Shown: positions 14,480-30,653, counted from the first letter of the stretch. The stretch is 64,000 nucleotides of DNA from Eledone cirrhosa (GCA_964016885.1 OZ024741.1:4898001-4962000); one strand, 5' to 3'. Made by a program: numbers and translations. Notes: generated by a model from the sequence alone, not told the origin.

Positions 14480-14531
<52 letters not shown>

Positions 14532-14580
14532 ATACTTTGGGAGGGTCATGTTGTCAACAAATTCAGAAACGATATATATG

Positions 14581-14611
<31 letters not shown>

Positions 14612-14636
14612 GTGTATATGTATATATATATATATA

Positions 14637-14716
14637 TCATCATCATCATCATCATCAGGTTTAGCGTCCGTGTTCCACGCTTGCATGGGTTTGGACGGGG
14701 GTTTTCCCACTTGAGG
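14637..14716 (-). repeat. RTE 3' tail fragment
   Basis: Reverse complement of 14055-14131. Confidence 0.85.
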
Positions 14717-14856
14717 TAGATATATATATATATATGTATATATATATGTGTATATGTATATATGTGTGTATATATATATATATGTATATATATATGTATA
14801 TATATATATATATGTATATATATATGTATATATATATATGTATATATATATATATG

Positions 14857-15515
14857 GTTATATTTGGGGAGGGTCATATTTGCGTAATATTGCCAGAATT
14901 AATAACAGAACACACTCACTGTTTGGTTGGTTTTCGCTTCTCGCTGTCTTTTATATATATATATCTGCGATCTAACTTACTCGGTCCTCAATGTTGCCAT
15001 TGACTGACCGGCGGTCAAAAATAATACAGATACAATATAGACAAACACATATATATATAGTTTACATAAATCTTTCGTTGCACATCTGCAACATCGTCAG
15101 TGGTGTTATATTCATTGTTCCTCCTGTTGTGTTGTATGTCTACGCCATTTTTTTTTGTTCAGACTGAACAAAAAAAAATGGCGTAGACATACAACACAAC
15201 AGGAGGAACAATGAATATAACACCACTGACGATGTTGCAGATGTGCAACGAAAGATTTATGTAAACTATATATATATGTGTTTGTCTATATTGTATCTGT
15301 ATTATTTTTGACCGCCGGTCAGTCAATGGCAACATTGAGGACCGAGTAAGTTAGATCGCAGATATATATATATAAAAGACAGCGAGAAGCGAAAACCAAC
15401 CAAACAGTGAGTGTGTTCTGTTATTAATTCTGGCAATATTACGCAAATATGACCCTCCCCAAATATAACAATATCTGTTTCGACACACGATTTCATATAA
15501 AAAACCTCGCAAAAC
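14857..15515. mobile_element. fold-back pLTR insertion (~305-bp arms, centre 15163) with an HHR-like motif in each arm
   Basis: tttgttcag-a-ctgaacaaa at the centre; CTGACGA-t-GTTGCA gatg TGCAAC-GAAA at 15226 (+) and its mirror at ~15065-15102 (-); end similar to 14527-14550 and 58392. Confidence 0.85.
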
Positions 15516-15569
15516 TATATATATATGTATATATATATATGTATATATATATATATGTATATATATATG

Positions 15570-15600
<31 letters not shown>

Positions 15601-15601
15601 G

Positions 15602-15632
<31 letters not shown>

Positions 15633-15837
15633 GTATATATATATATATATGTATATATATATGTATATATATATATATATGTATATATGTGTATATATAT
15701 ATATGTATATATATATGTATATATATATGTGTATATATATATGTATATATATATATGTATATATATGTATGTATATATATGTATATATATATATATATGT
15801 ATATATGTATATATATATATATATGTATATATATATG

Positions 15838-15882
<45 letters not shown>

Positions 15883-15944
15883 GTATATATATATATGTAT
15901 ATATATATATGTATATATATATATGTATATATATATATGTATAT

Positions 15945-16128
15945 ATAACGAAGGAAATGTGGTAAGGAACCAGGTGGACCATAACGCACCAAAGTACTCA
16001 ATACTTAAGGTAGTAGAGTGGGGAGTAGGACCCCGACGGCTGAGCTCAAGCCGTTTCGACGGCTAATTCAAGTCCAGAATTAGCCGTCGAAACGGTTTGA
16101 GCTCAGCCGTCGGGCTCCTACTCGTTCC
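15945..16128. mobile_element. short fold-back pLTR end carrying the 3' half of an HHR
   Basis: Near-identical to 17963-18136; homologous to 47997-48132. Confidence 0.8.
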
Positions 16129-16252
16129 TATGTATATATATATATATATATGTATACATATGTACATATATATATATATGTATATATATGTATATATATA
16201 TATGTACATAAATATATATATGTATATATATATATATGTATGTATATACATA

Positions 16253-16863
16253 TGGTAACATGTATCCCAGGTGCTACTGGTAACATGTATCCCAGTACAA
16301 CCTGTCTCATGGTCGGGTCGTTGGCGACTAAACTGGCAACCCCACCAAGGTTTCTTGGTGAGGAGGGTGACTTTGGACATCCTGCAGGACTAAAAACAAA
16401 ACCTGTCAAAGGGCAAAGGAGCTCTCAATAGTCAATGGCCATCCAAAATCACCGGGAGAGATGACCCCTTAGCCTTTGTCAAGGCAGAATTCTAGGAGAA
16501 GGAAAACTCTGATATAACACCTGCAACTCTGATGGTATCCAATGATGTTGACTTGTTCTTCTTTTTGGTAAATATCCTCTTGGTTAAGAGAGTGGGACTG
16601 GCTTTGTGCAGTGCTTTTGCTCACTATAAAAGCTTCACGGCACAGGCATTGCTTTATATCTGGAGATCTCTCTGCACTTGTCGTCACATGGTACCATGGG
16701 CCCAGCACTATGTGTCAATAATTGTCACAACTGTAGTGTTTGTACCAGAGTTTTCAAGTCGCTGGCTGGACTAAAAAGTCACACTCGTTCAGCGCATCGG
16801 TAGGGGTTCTCCTACATGGATATAAAGTAGTGGCCGTACTCGAAAACGAGTTGGCAGCCACCA
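16253..16863 (+). mobile_element. non-autonomous RTE-derived element (UTR-like body plus C2H2 zinc-finger tail)
   Basis: 16732-16803 encodes [23 protein letters not shown], like the C-terminus of RTE-1/BovB-type ORFs; 3' hairpin ctcg aaaa cgag. Confidence 0.6.
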
Positions 16864-16869
16864 TATATG

Positions 16870-16904
<35 letters not shown>

Positions 16905-17171
16905 GTATATATATGTATATATATATGTATATATATATGTATATATATATATGTATATATATATGTATATATATATATGTATATATATATGTATATATAT
17001 ATGTATATATATATATATGTATATATATATATGTATATATATATATGTATGTATATATATATATATGTATGTATATATATATATATGTATGTATATATAT
17101 ATATATGTATGTATATATATATATATGTATGTATATATATATATATGTATGTATATATATATATATGTATG

Positions 17172-17205
<34 letters not shown>

Positions 17206-17317
17206 TGTAAAATATGTATATGTAAAATATATATATGTATATGTATATATATATATGTGTATAAATATGTATATATATGTGTATATATATATATATATGT
17301 ATATGTATATATATATG

Positions 17318-17353
<36 letters not shown>

Positions 17354-17373
17354 TGTATATGTATATATATATG

Positions 17374-17467
<94 letters not shown>

Positions 17468-17471
17468 AATG

Positions 17472-17560
<89 letters not shown>

Positions 17561-17711
17561 GTATATATGTATATATATATGTATATATATGTATATATAT
17601 ATATGTATATATATATAAACAATTAAGTTAAAAATGTACATCCACATATGTATACTGAAATACTAGTATGCATATGAATACACACACGTATACATATGTA
17701 GATGTACCGAG

Positions 17712-17790
<79 letters not shown>

Positions 17791-17801
17791 GTATATATAT
17801 G

Positions 17802-17894
<93 letters not shown>

Positions 17895-17962
17895 GTATAT
17901 ATGTATATGTATATATATATATGTATATGTATATGTATATATGTATATATATATGTATATAT

Positions 17963-18136
17963 AACGAAGGAAATGTGATAAGGAACCAGGTGGACCATAA
18001 CGCACCAAAGTACTCAATACTTAAGGTAGTAGAGTGGGGAGTAGGACCCCGACGGCTGAGCTCAAGCCGTTTCGACGGCTAATTCGAGTCCAGAATTAGC
18101 CGTCGAAACGGTTTGAGCTCAGCCGTCGGGGTCCTA
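17963..18136. mobile_element. short fold-back pLTR end (second copy)
   Basis: ccccgacggctgagctcaagccgtttcgacggctaattc gagtcca gaattagccgtcgaaacggtttgagctcagccgtcgggg. Confidence 0.8.
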
Positions 18137-18328
18137 TGTATATATATATATGTGTATATATATGTACATGTATATGTATATATATGTACATATATATGTA
18201 TATGTATATATATATAAATGGAATAGAATGAAACGAAATTTCATTTCTCACTCTTAGTACGGCACTTACTTAAATGTAAGTATGTATGTATACGTACATA
18301 CATATATGTATACAGACGTACAGTAGCA

Positions 18329-18366
<38 letters not shown>

Positions 18367-18516
18367 CAGGCACACATATATATATGTACGTATCAGTTTA
18401 GCGAACATTTATTATAATGTTCGGTTTGTTCGTTTGTAAACAAACGGACAGCCTGCTTTATGCCGTACGGTGTTATGGCAACCACGTCACCTTTTTGTTC
18501 AACACTGACACAGGAA

Positions 18517-18557
18517 CGATGTACTAGTTTCAAGCTTGTTAGCTATCGTCAGCACCG
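18517..18557 (-). ncRNA. minimal type I hammerhead
   Basis: Mirror copy of 18785-18825. Confidence 0.83.
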
Positions 18558-18784
18558 TATACCCTTCTGCCAGATGGTTGAACGTTCGAAAGTATATACT
18601 TTCCTTATGAAAATTAACGGCTGAGCAGCCTAATTTGCATATCGTTTCATTCTATTCCATTTATCGTTTTCGGTGCGCCTGGCCGACTGAACTCACTCGA
18701 TATGCAAATTAGGCTACTCAGCCGTTAATTTTCATAAGGAAAGTATATACTTTCGAACGTTCAACCATCTGGCAGAAGGGTATA

Positions 18785-18825
18785 CGGTGCTGACGATAGC
18801 TAACAAGCTTGAAACTAGTACATCG
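18785..18825 (+). ncRNA. minimal type I hammerhead
   Basis: CGGTG-CTGACGA-tAGCT aaca AGCTt-GAAA-CTAG-TA-CATCG; palindromic ACTAGT stem III. Confidence 0.85.
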
Positions 18826-19039
18826 TTCCTGTGTCAGTGTTGAACAAAAAGGTGACGTGGTTGCCTTAACACCGTACGTCATAAAGCAGGCTGTCCATTT
18901 GTTTACAAACGAACAAAGCGAACATTATAATAAATGTTCGCTAAACTGATACGTACATATACATATGTGTGCCTGTATGTATATATATATATGCATGCTA
19001 CTGTACGTCTGTATACATATATGTATGTACGTATAAATA

Positions 19040-21237
<2,198 letters not shown>

Positions 21238-21686
21238 AATTATTTAAAAAAATTATTAAAAAAATAATGAATAAACAAAGAAACAGTTCCTTATATTAAA
21301 CAAAAAAAGTTCATTATTTTACGATCTTTTCTAGGACATATATGTGTTAGAATTGGTATGCATATTCAAAAGATCTATGTACAAAATTATACAAACTATC
21401 AAAGAGAATATATATACCTTCACATATATATGCTGTCTCAGAAATAATGATGCATATTTATTGATAATAACGATAATTCAAAATTACAGGTCTGTTTGGG
21501 AACATATTATAAATAGACCAATGAAATACATAAAAATTTCTCAAGAAAATACAGTTAGGTGTGTGTATATATGTATGTAAAACCGTTCACAGATGTGCAT
21601 AAAATTGTATATTCATATGTATACGCATGTTGAAAAAGTGTATGTAAATATAAAAATTTAGGGCTAATATCTACAATCTACAGACA

Positions 21687-21733
<47 letters not shown>

Positions 21734-21803
21734 CATATACATATACATATATATACATACACATACATATACATACACATACATACATGCACACACATAC
21801 ACA

Positions 21804-21873
<70 letters not shown>

Positions 21874-22320
21874 TATATTATTATTATAACTATATGGATA
21901 TTGAGGAGCTCACATAAACACGCCCACACACACTTACATTCAGATGCAGAAGTAAAGGAGGTAAGGGAGGAAGTAATTAAAGGAAGGTGTCAACCTTGAC
22001 ATACTAATAAGAATGTATCCACAAGAATATAAAAATAAAAACATAAAAAACATAAAAGAGAGACATAAAATATACATGCTTATATACATACGCACATTTA
22101 CACATCCATACGTTCGATACATACATACGTTCACACACACACATACACATACTTAACCTCACGCATATTAACCTGTTTGTATGCATACACATAAAAATAA
22201 GTAAAACATATACCCATACATATAAATACACACCGATATATATATATATAATATATATATATACACACACATACATATATATACATATACACACACACAT
22301 ACATATACACACATATATAC

Positions 22321-22355
<35 letters not shown>

Positions 22356-22436
22356 ATATACATATACACACACATATATATATACATATATATACACATA
22401 CGAACACACACACACACACCCATGTATATATACAAC

Positions 22437-22468
<32 letters not shown>

Positions 22469-22480
22469 GACATACACACA

Positions 22481-22513
<33 letters not shown>

Positions 22514-23770
22514 AATACACACAGTCAGACACATATGCACACACATACACATACATACACACATCTCTACAAATACATATACATACACATACATACATAC
22601 ACATATATATACATACATATAATATATATATATATATGTGTATATACACTCATACACACATTTCCATGCGCACATATGTATTTTTTATACACACAAACAT
22701 ACATACACACTTACATACACATCCGATACATCTACGCTTACAAATACAAATAATTATTGGTGGGGGGGGGGGATTAAAATTATTAGTGGGAAATAGTAAA
22801 TATAGGTTTCAAGGAACATAGAATATTAATCTGCAGCTAAAACATATGTGTTTACATAGTTGTATCGGTTTTAGGAAATAGTATTTGTAAGAAAGAAGGC
22901 TAAATTATGTATTTTAATATAAGTAGAATATTAATTATAGGTTAACTAAGATAAAAATAGTTAATATATTAATTTCTAAGGTGTATACTACTTTGGTTTA
23001 TAATATTTAAAGCGGAATTTTGAAGTTAAACAGAAGTAGAGTATTAATTATAGCATAACTAAATTAAAAATAATTACATATATTAACATGATGGTATCAA
23101 ATTTAGGAAATGAATTTTGTAATAGGGAAAGCCAAATTAAGTATTTCATCGGTAGTATAATATTAATTATAGGTTAACCAAATTAAAAATTATATATTAA
23201 TTTCTATAGTATATGTTAATTAGGTTTATAATAACTAAAGCAAAATATTGTATTTTATCTATAGTAGAATTTTAATTATAGGTTAACTAAAATAAAAAAA
23301 ACCTATATATTAATTTGTAAAGTGTATATTAATTAGGTATATATTTAAAAGTTTTTCTCAGTTTATGATTACACGATATTCTGCAATCAATCTGTATTAG
23401 AATTTTAATTATAGTTAACTAAATAAAATTATAGGTTAACTAAATTAAAATTAATTTATATATTAATTTCTAAATTGTATATTAATAAGGTTTATAATAT
23501 TAAAAAGTATTTCCCCGTTATTAATTACACGATATTTTGTTGTATTTCATCTGTAAAAGAATTTTAATAATAGGTTAAATAAACTAAAATTAATCTATAT
23601 ATTAATTTCCAAAGTATATATTAATTATGTTAATAATATTTAAATGTTTTTCACAGTTTATGATTATACGATATTTTTTAATTTATCTGTAGTAGAATTT
23701 TAATTAAATTAAAATTATAGGTTAACTACATTAAAATTAATTTATATATTAATTTCTAAAATATATATTA

Positions 23771-24355
23771 TTAATTAGGTTTATAATATTTAAATGTTTT
23801 TCTTAGTTTATGATTACACGATATAATTAATTCTTGTCGCTTATTTAATAGGATATCCTTAGATTTCATTATTTCAAATAGTTCTTGGGAACACAATCTA
23901 CATTCATTTCTATTATTTTGATAAGGGGTGGCTCTTTTGAGCACACTCCAGGTCATATCATATTCTATATTCTTATTTCTATAACTATTAATTTTTTCTG
24001 CTAGAGATGTTGTATTGGCCAGTGCGGCATTTTTAAAACTATGTTTGTGGGTATTAAACCTTACCTTAAAATTGTTAGAAGTAGCTCCTATATATGAGCA
24101 AATAGAATCCTTAGTTTTAACTTTACATTTATAAACTATGTTGTTAACAAGACAATTTCCTTTTAATGGGCAGTTTGCCTTGTTTCTACAGTTACCTTTC
24201 GTTAATTCTGTATTTGAGGAGATATTATGGTTAGTTTGATGTATTGGTGGTATACTTATGGTTTTTTTACATTTATATGCATTATAGGCGCTTATATTTT
24301 GTTTTATGTTTTTGGTTGTTGAGTATGAGAATTTAACTGTTGATCTATTTTGACT
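23771..24355 (-). pseudogene. Naiad-type PLE GIY-YIG C-terminal fragment
   Basis: CRNKANCPLKGNCLVNNIVYKCKV..YIGATSNNFKVRFNTH..W..CRLC..LLNKR..CNH. Confidence 0.85.
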
Positions 24356-24365
24356 GTGTGTATTT

Positions 24366-24396
<31 letters not shown>

Positions 24397-24525
24397 AAGT
24401 TATATTTAAAATTGTTGGGTTACAACTAGTAAATATTTATAACTGATATAAAAGCACTCGACAAATATTTGGAGTATATTTACAATATTAAATAAATGGA
24501 AAACTATATTTATAAAACCATATTT

Positions 24526-24589
24526 ATTTCATTATATATATTTCGGGGATATCATATTAACAATATGCTATGCCTTCATCAGACAAAAT
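24526..24589 (-). ncRNA. type I hammerhead in pLTR
   Basis: Mirror of 24759-24822. Confidence 0.78.
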
Positions 24590-24758
24590 ACAATATAAAC
24601 AGTTTTATAGATAAATATATTCAACATACCGTAATAAACATCAACTTCATTTGAAGAGGTTTACGCTAGCAGTCACTGCTAGCGTAAACCTCTTCAAATG
24701 AAGTTGATGTTTATTACGGTATGTTGAATATATTTATCTATAAAACTGTTTATATTGT

Positions 24759-24822
24759 ATTTTGTCTGATGAAGGCATAGCATATTGTTAATATGATATC
24801 CCCGAAATATATATAATGAAAT
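24759..24822 (+). ncRNA. type I hammerhead in pLTR
   Basis: ATTTTGT-CTGATGA-long stem II (catatt gtt aatatg)-GAAA-TATATA-TA-ATGAAAT. Confidence 0.8.
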
Positions 24823-24957
24823 AAATATGGTTTTATAAATATAGTTTTCCATTTATTTAATATTGTAAATATACTCCAAATATTTGTCGAGTGCTTTTAT
24901 ATCAGTTATAAATATTTACTAGTTGTAACCCAACAATTTTAAATATAACTTTACATG

Positions 24958-24998
<41 letters not shown>

Positions 24999-25000
<2 letters not shown>

Positions 25001-25589
25001 CACACAGTCAAAATAGATCAACAGTTAAATTCTCATACTCAACAACCAAAAACATAAAACAAAATATAAGCGCCTATAATGCATATAAATGTAAAAAAAC
25101 CATAAGTATACCACCAATACATCAACTAACCATAATATCTCCTCAAATACAGAATTAACGAAAGGTAACTGTAGAAACAAGGCAAACTGCCCATTAAAAG
25201 GAAATTGTCTTGTTAACAACATAGTTTATAAATGTAAAGTTAAAACTAAGGATTCTATTTGCTCATATATAGGAGCTACTTCTAACAATTTTAAGGTAAG
25301 GTTTAATACCCACAAACATAGTTTTAAAAATGCCGCACTGGCCAATACAACATCTCTAGCAGAAAAAATTAATAGTTATAGAAATAAGAATATAGAATAT
25401 GATATGACCTGGAGTGTGCTCAAAAGAGCCACCCCTTATCAAAATAATAGAAATGAATGTAGATTGTGTTCCCAAGAACTATTTGAAATAATGAAATCTA
25501 AGGATATCCTATTAAATAAGCGACAAGAATTAATTATATCGTGTAATCATAAACTAAGAAAAACATTTAAATATTATAAACCTAATTAA
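24999..25589 (+). pseudogene. Naiad-type PLE GIY-YIG C-terminal fragment (mirror copy)
   Basis: NRSTVKFSYSTTKN... then CRNKANCPL...; mirror of 23771-24355. Confidence 0.85.
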
Positions 25590-26814
25590 TAATATATATT
25601 TTAGAAATTAATATATAAATTAATTTTAATGTAGTTAACCTATAATTTTAATTTAATTAAAATTCTACTACAGATAAATTAAAAAATATCGTATAATCAT
25701 AAACTGTGAAAAACATTTAAATATTATTAACATAATTAATATATACTTTGGAAATTAATATATAGATTAATTTTAGTTTATTTAACCTATTATTAAAATT
25801 CTTTTACAGATGAAATACAACAAATATCGTGTAATTAATAACGGGGAAATACTTTTTAATATTATAAACCTTATTAATATACAATTTAGAAATTAATATA
25901 TAAATTAATTTTAATTTAGTTAACCCTATAATTTTAATTTAGTTAACTTATAATTAAAATTCTAATACAGATTGATTGCAGAATATCGTGTAATCATAAA
26001 CTGAGAAAAACTTTTAAATATATACCTAATTAATATACACTTTACAAATTAATATATAGGTTTTTTTTATTTTAGTTAACCTATAATTTAAAATTCTACT
26101 ATAGATAAAATACAATATTTTGCTTTAGTTATTATAAACCTAATTAACATATACTATAGAAATTAATATATAATTTTTAATTTGGTTAACCTATAATTAA
26201 TATTATACTACGATGAAATACTTAATTTGGCTTTCCCTATTACAAAATTCATTTCCTAAATTTGATACCATCATGTTAATATATGTAATTATTTTTAATT
26301 TAGTTATGCTATAATTAATACTCTACTTCTGTTTAACTTCAAAATTCCGCTTTAAATATTATAAACCAAAGTAGTATACACCTTAGAAATTAATATATTA
26401 ACTATTTTTATCTTAGTTAACCTATAATTAATATTCTACTTATATTAAAATACATAATTTAGCCTTCTTTCTTACAAATACTATTTCCTAAAACCGATAC
26501 AACTATGTAAACACATATGTTTTAGCTGCAGATTAATATTCTATGTTCCTTGAAACCTATATTTACTATTTCCACTAATAATTTTAATCCCCCCCCCCCC
26601 ACCAATAATTATTTGTATTTGTAAGCGTAGATGTATGGATGTGTATGTAAGTGTGTATGTATGTTTGTGTGTATAAAAATACATATGTGCGCATGGAAAT
26701 GTGTGTATGAGTGTATATACACATATATATATATATATTATATGTATATATATGTGTATGTATGTATGTGTATGTATATGTATTTGTAGAGATGTGTGTA
26801 TGTATGTGTATGTG

Positions 26815-27014
26815 NNNNNNNNNNNNNNNNNNNNNNNNNNNNNNNNNNNNNNNNNNNNNNNNNNNNNNNNNNNNNNNNNNNNNNNNNNNNNNNNNNNNNN
26901 NNNNNNNNNNNNNNNNNNNNNNNNNNNNNNNNNNNNNNNNNNNNNNNNNNNNNNNNNNNNNNNNNNNNNNNNNNNNNNNNNNNNNNNNNNNNNNNNNNNN
27001 NNNNNNNNNNNNNN
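26815..27014. other. assembly gap (200 N)
   Basis: Run of n. Confidence 1.
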
Positions 27015-28300
27015 ACATTGACTTCAGTGTTGAACACCCAACGAAGACGGGTCACTTGCCCTCCTCGACTTCCGAATCAACATCACGGAACAGGGAAGGA
27101 TCCACTGCAACTTCTACCGAAAGGCAGCCTGCAGGGACCTATTCGTTCACTACAAGTCCGCCCTCCCTAACAGTGCCAAAAGAGGATACATCACGAACGA
27201 GATCGCGCGAATCAAAAACAGATGCAGCGATCCCGCGAGTGGTGTCACTCATACCAAGCGATTCCTAGAGGTGCTGGAGACGAACGGGTACCCTACCTCG
27301 ATCACAGACAGAATAGGAGACACCAGACGCAAGAGACAGAGAAGCACCCAAGGCAAGTGCTTCCTTAAAATGCCACACCTGGGCGAGAAAACCACCAACG
27401 CTATCCGCAAGGCTATACGGAGGAGGGCCTCGACATCCACCTGGCCCACTCGGGCCCCTCCCTACGAAGATGCCTCTCCAGGAAACCCGAAAAATCTACT
27501 GACGCATGCTCCCTCAGAGACTGCCCGATACGCCATGCGAACTGTTGCCTACGCACATACGTCGTGTATAAGATAGAATGTGACAGGTGCAACCAATACT
27601 ACATAGGTAGCACAATTCGACCTTTGCACATCCGGATCAAGGACACATTAAAACCAGGGCCTCGTCTTTCCGGAAACACATAGACAAATGCGGAAACAAA
27701 GACGAAGGCCCATTGTCACAATTCTAGCAACTGAAAGAAACGTCGGCACGTTACGTATCAAGGAAGCGCTTTTTATCAAACGACTGCAACCGCAAATAAA
27801 CAACCGATCAGAGAGAAGCGAAATGAGATGGCTGGTTTAAGTTAACAAGCGATGCAACAACACACAACACACGCACACACACACACACACACGCAAACGA
27901 GACAACTACACACACTCACGCACACACACACAGTAGCATTCCACCATACGAACATACTACACTGCCAATATAGAGGAACAAGGCAACAACACACGCACAC
28001 ACACACACACTCAAGTGAGTCAACAACACACGCACACACACACACAGTAACATTTAACAAACAGGCAGAGAATGGACTGACAGCTAGCGCCATCCCACTC
28101 CCTCATTCGGCCGCTGACCTCTGTACGACCGACCCCATTTCACGCGCACGCGCGCTCTGCCGAATACCTCCGATATTCAAAACAACAAACAGCGAAGGAC
28201 GTGTTCCGGACTTGTCCGACAGACAACCTTTTCCCCCACCCCGGAAAAAAACCCCAGTTGATGCATGTGAATCCGAAATATATAGGGACTATTAATCTCT
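27015..28300 (+). mobile_element. frameshifted PLE 3' half (RT thumb and GIY-YIG, stop at 27840) with 3'UTR
   Basis: IDFSVEHP.., FYRKAACRDLFVHYKSALP, CSLRDCP..C..VVYKIECDRCNQYYIGSTIRPLHIRIK, IKEALFIKRLQPQIN; degenerate HHR at 28252-28287. Confidence 0.85.
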
Positions 28301-28515
28301 CCCAAGGTAACTCTCTCTTGTGTTGTTATTTTTTTTATCCTTTATACTCTTCCCTTCATTCTACACATCTCACACATCTTATACACACCACGCATCTCAA
28401 CCTACACCCACTTACATCTCTCTCTCCACCACCGGACCTTGTTACCCGGAGATTTACCCAGTTGCATTGTCGAGGCTCCAAACGACTTAAAGATATTTAT
28501 GTATATATATATATG

Positions 28516-28547
<32 letters not shown>

Positions 28548-28573
28548 TGTATATATATGTATATATATATATG

Positions 28574-28626
<53 letters not shown>

Positions 28627-28665
28627 GTATATATATATGTATATATATATATGTATATATATATG

Positions 28666-28712
<47 letters not shown>

Positions 28713-28716
28713 GTAT

Positions 28717-28761
<45 letters not shown>

Positions 28762-28767
28762 TGTATA

Positions 28768-28831
<64 letters not shown>

Positions 28832-29005
28832 TATGTATATATATATATATATGTATGTATATATATATGTATGTATATATATATATATGTATGTATATAT
28901 ATATATAATATACATAAATATACACACATATATATATGTATATATAATATATATGTATGTATATATATATATGTATATATATGTATGTATATATATATAT
29001 GTATG

Positions 29006-29036
<31 letters not shown>

Positions 29037-29039
29037 GTA

Positions 29040-29748
29040 TTACCGTCTCGGCATATGCATGTGGTGTGTATACGTGCATATACGTGCTGAACATATTGAT
29101 GTGTACAATCTTGTGATGTCCCAATGCGGTGACTTAATGGCTCTTGAAGCTATTTTTTATATATCTTCTGTCTTTTTATATATATTTTGTATGCGCTACA
29201 ACTGTGTCTGCTTGCTTTAACCCGCCTCACCTCGCTTGCTAATGCACGTGAATTCTTCTACCTCCTTCGATGCACCTCTCTCTGACCATTGGACTCCTGC
29301 CCGTGTGTGAACCGGTTTGTGATTACCCCACCGCTCAACTGTGTGAATGCACACCCATGACTTTCGAGTGAACTTTCGAGACTGCCCAACCTGGGACGCA
29401 TCCATGCCTTGCAATGGTCAAGTGATACTGGTGACTGTGACACTTAGTGCCTTCGTGGGCCCCTGATGTTTTCAAGAAATATATTTTAAAAAATTGGTCA
29501 AGTGATACACATAACTGTGACACTTAGTGCCTTCGTGGGCCCCTGATATATTCAAGAGATATTTTTAAAAAATATATATATCTTATCTCAATTTACTTTA
29601 TTTCATTTTATTTTATTTCATTTCATGTTATCTAATTTTATTTATTTACTTACTTGACTCCATTTATTTATTTATTTATTTATTTAATTTTAAATTTAAA
29701 TTTTAATTTTAAAATTTTAAATTTTAATTTTATTTATTTATTTACTTT

Positions 29749-29784
<36 letters not shown>

Positions 29785-30246
29785 TTACATTTAATTACAT
29801 TTAATTATACATTTAATTATATCTTATATTATATTATTTTAATTTAGTCTATGTTATTTGATTTTAGTTTACCTTATTTTATCTTATTTTACGATTATAT
29901 TATATTATGTTCTATGTATATAATTTTTAATTTTTAATTTTATATTATTTTATCTCATTCCTTACCCTATATTTTATATGTAGTTTGTTATGTATTTCTT
30001 TGTATTTCTTTTTATATATATTATAAGTCTGTTTTTCACCTATTTTTACCTATTTTTTACCTACTCTTACCTAATCCCATTATCTTATCTACTCTTGTCT
30101 GTTCTCTTATCCATGTGTCTACTCTTGTCTGTTCTCTTATCCATGTGTATGCTTGTATGTAACTATATGTTGACAGCACCCCGCCCAATTGTGACTGATA
30201 GCACCCCTTATTTTTATTTTTATTTTTATTTTTATTTTTATTTTTA

Positions 30247-30277
<31 letters not shown>

Positions 30278-30293
30278 TTTATTTTTATTTTTA

Positions 30294-30324
<31 letters not shown>

Positions 30325-30520
30325 TTTATTTTTACTTTTATTTTATTCTTATCCTTTATCGTCTATTATTACCTTTCATTCTTCAATGTCTTGGATTTGT
30401 TATTGCTTGTATGGTATGTAATTAACCTTTATGCTCTGATGAGTCCCACTTATAGTGCGGATGAAACAATGTTAGCAAGTAAAGATATGCATATGCTATA
30501 AGCGTTCTTTGTTATTTATT
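29040..30520 (+). mobile_element. probable PLE 3'UTR/pLTR
   Basis: Non-coding; internal ~80-bp and 30-bp tandem duplications and (TTTTTA)n; ends with an HHR just before (TA)n. Confidence 0.55.
30427..30484 (+). ncRNA. type I hammerhead with bulged stem I
   Basis: CTTTATGCT-CTGATGA-GTCCcACT tat AGTgcGGAT-GAAAC aat GTT-AGCA(ag)TAAAG. Confidence 0.82.
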
Positions 30521-30653
30521 ATTTATATATATATATATGTATATATATATATGTATATATATATGTGTGTATATATATATATACATATATATGTATATAT
30601 ATCTATATATATGTATATATATCTATATATATGTATATATATCTATATATATG

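Larger units (their letters stand above)
18215..19035. mobile_element. fold-back element with two HHRs and an additional 22-bp inverted repeat
   Basis: Arms ~18282-18643 and ~18698-19035; 18215-18236 is the reverse complement of 18642-18663. Confidence 0.75.
22540..26814. repeat. ~4.3-kb palindrome centred at 24674
   Basis: gctagcagt-c-actgctagc at the centre; identical 61-aa ORFs at 23771(-) and 25404(+); the right arm ends at the N gap. Confidence 0.9.

Noticed and set aside
16277-16340. Complete HDV-like ribozyme
   Set aside because: P2 and P4-like parts are present, but P1 and P3/L3 cannot be paired properly; kept only as a hint.
28252-28287. Functional hammerhead in this pLTR
   Set aside because: The core reads CAGTTGA and stem II is poor; a degenerate remnant at best. 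The same applies to the CAGAAGA motif at 10491.
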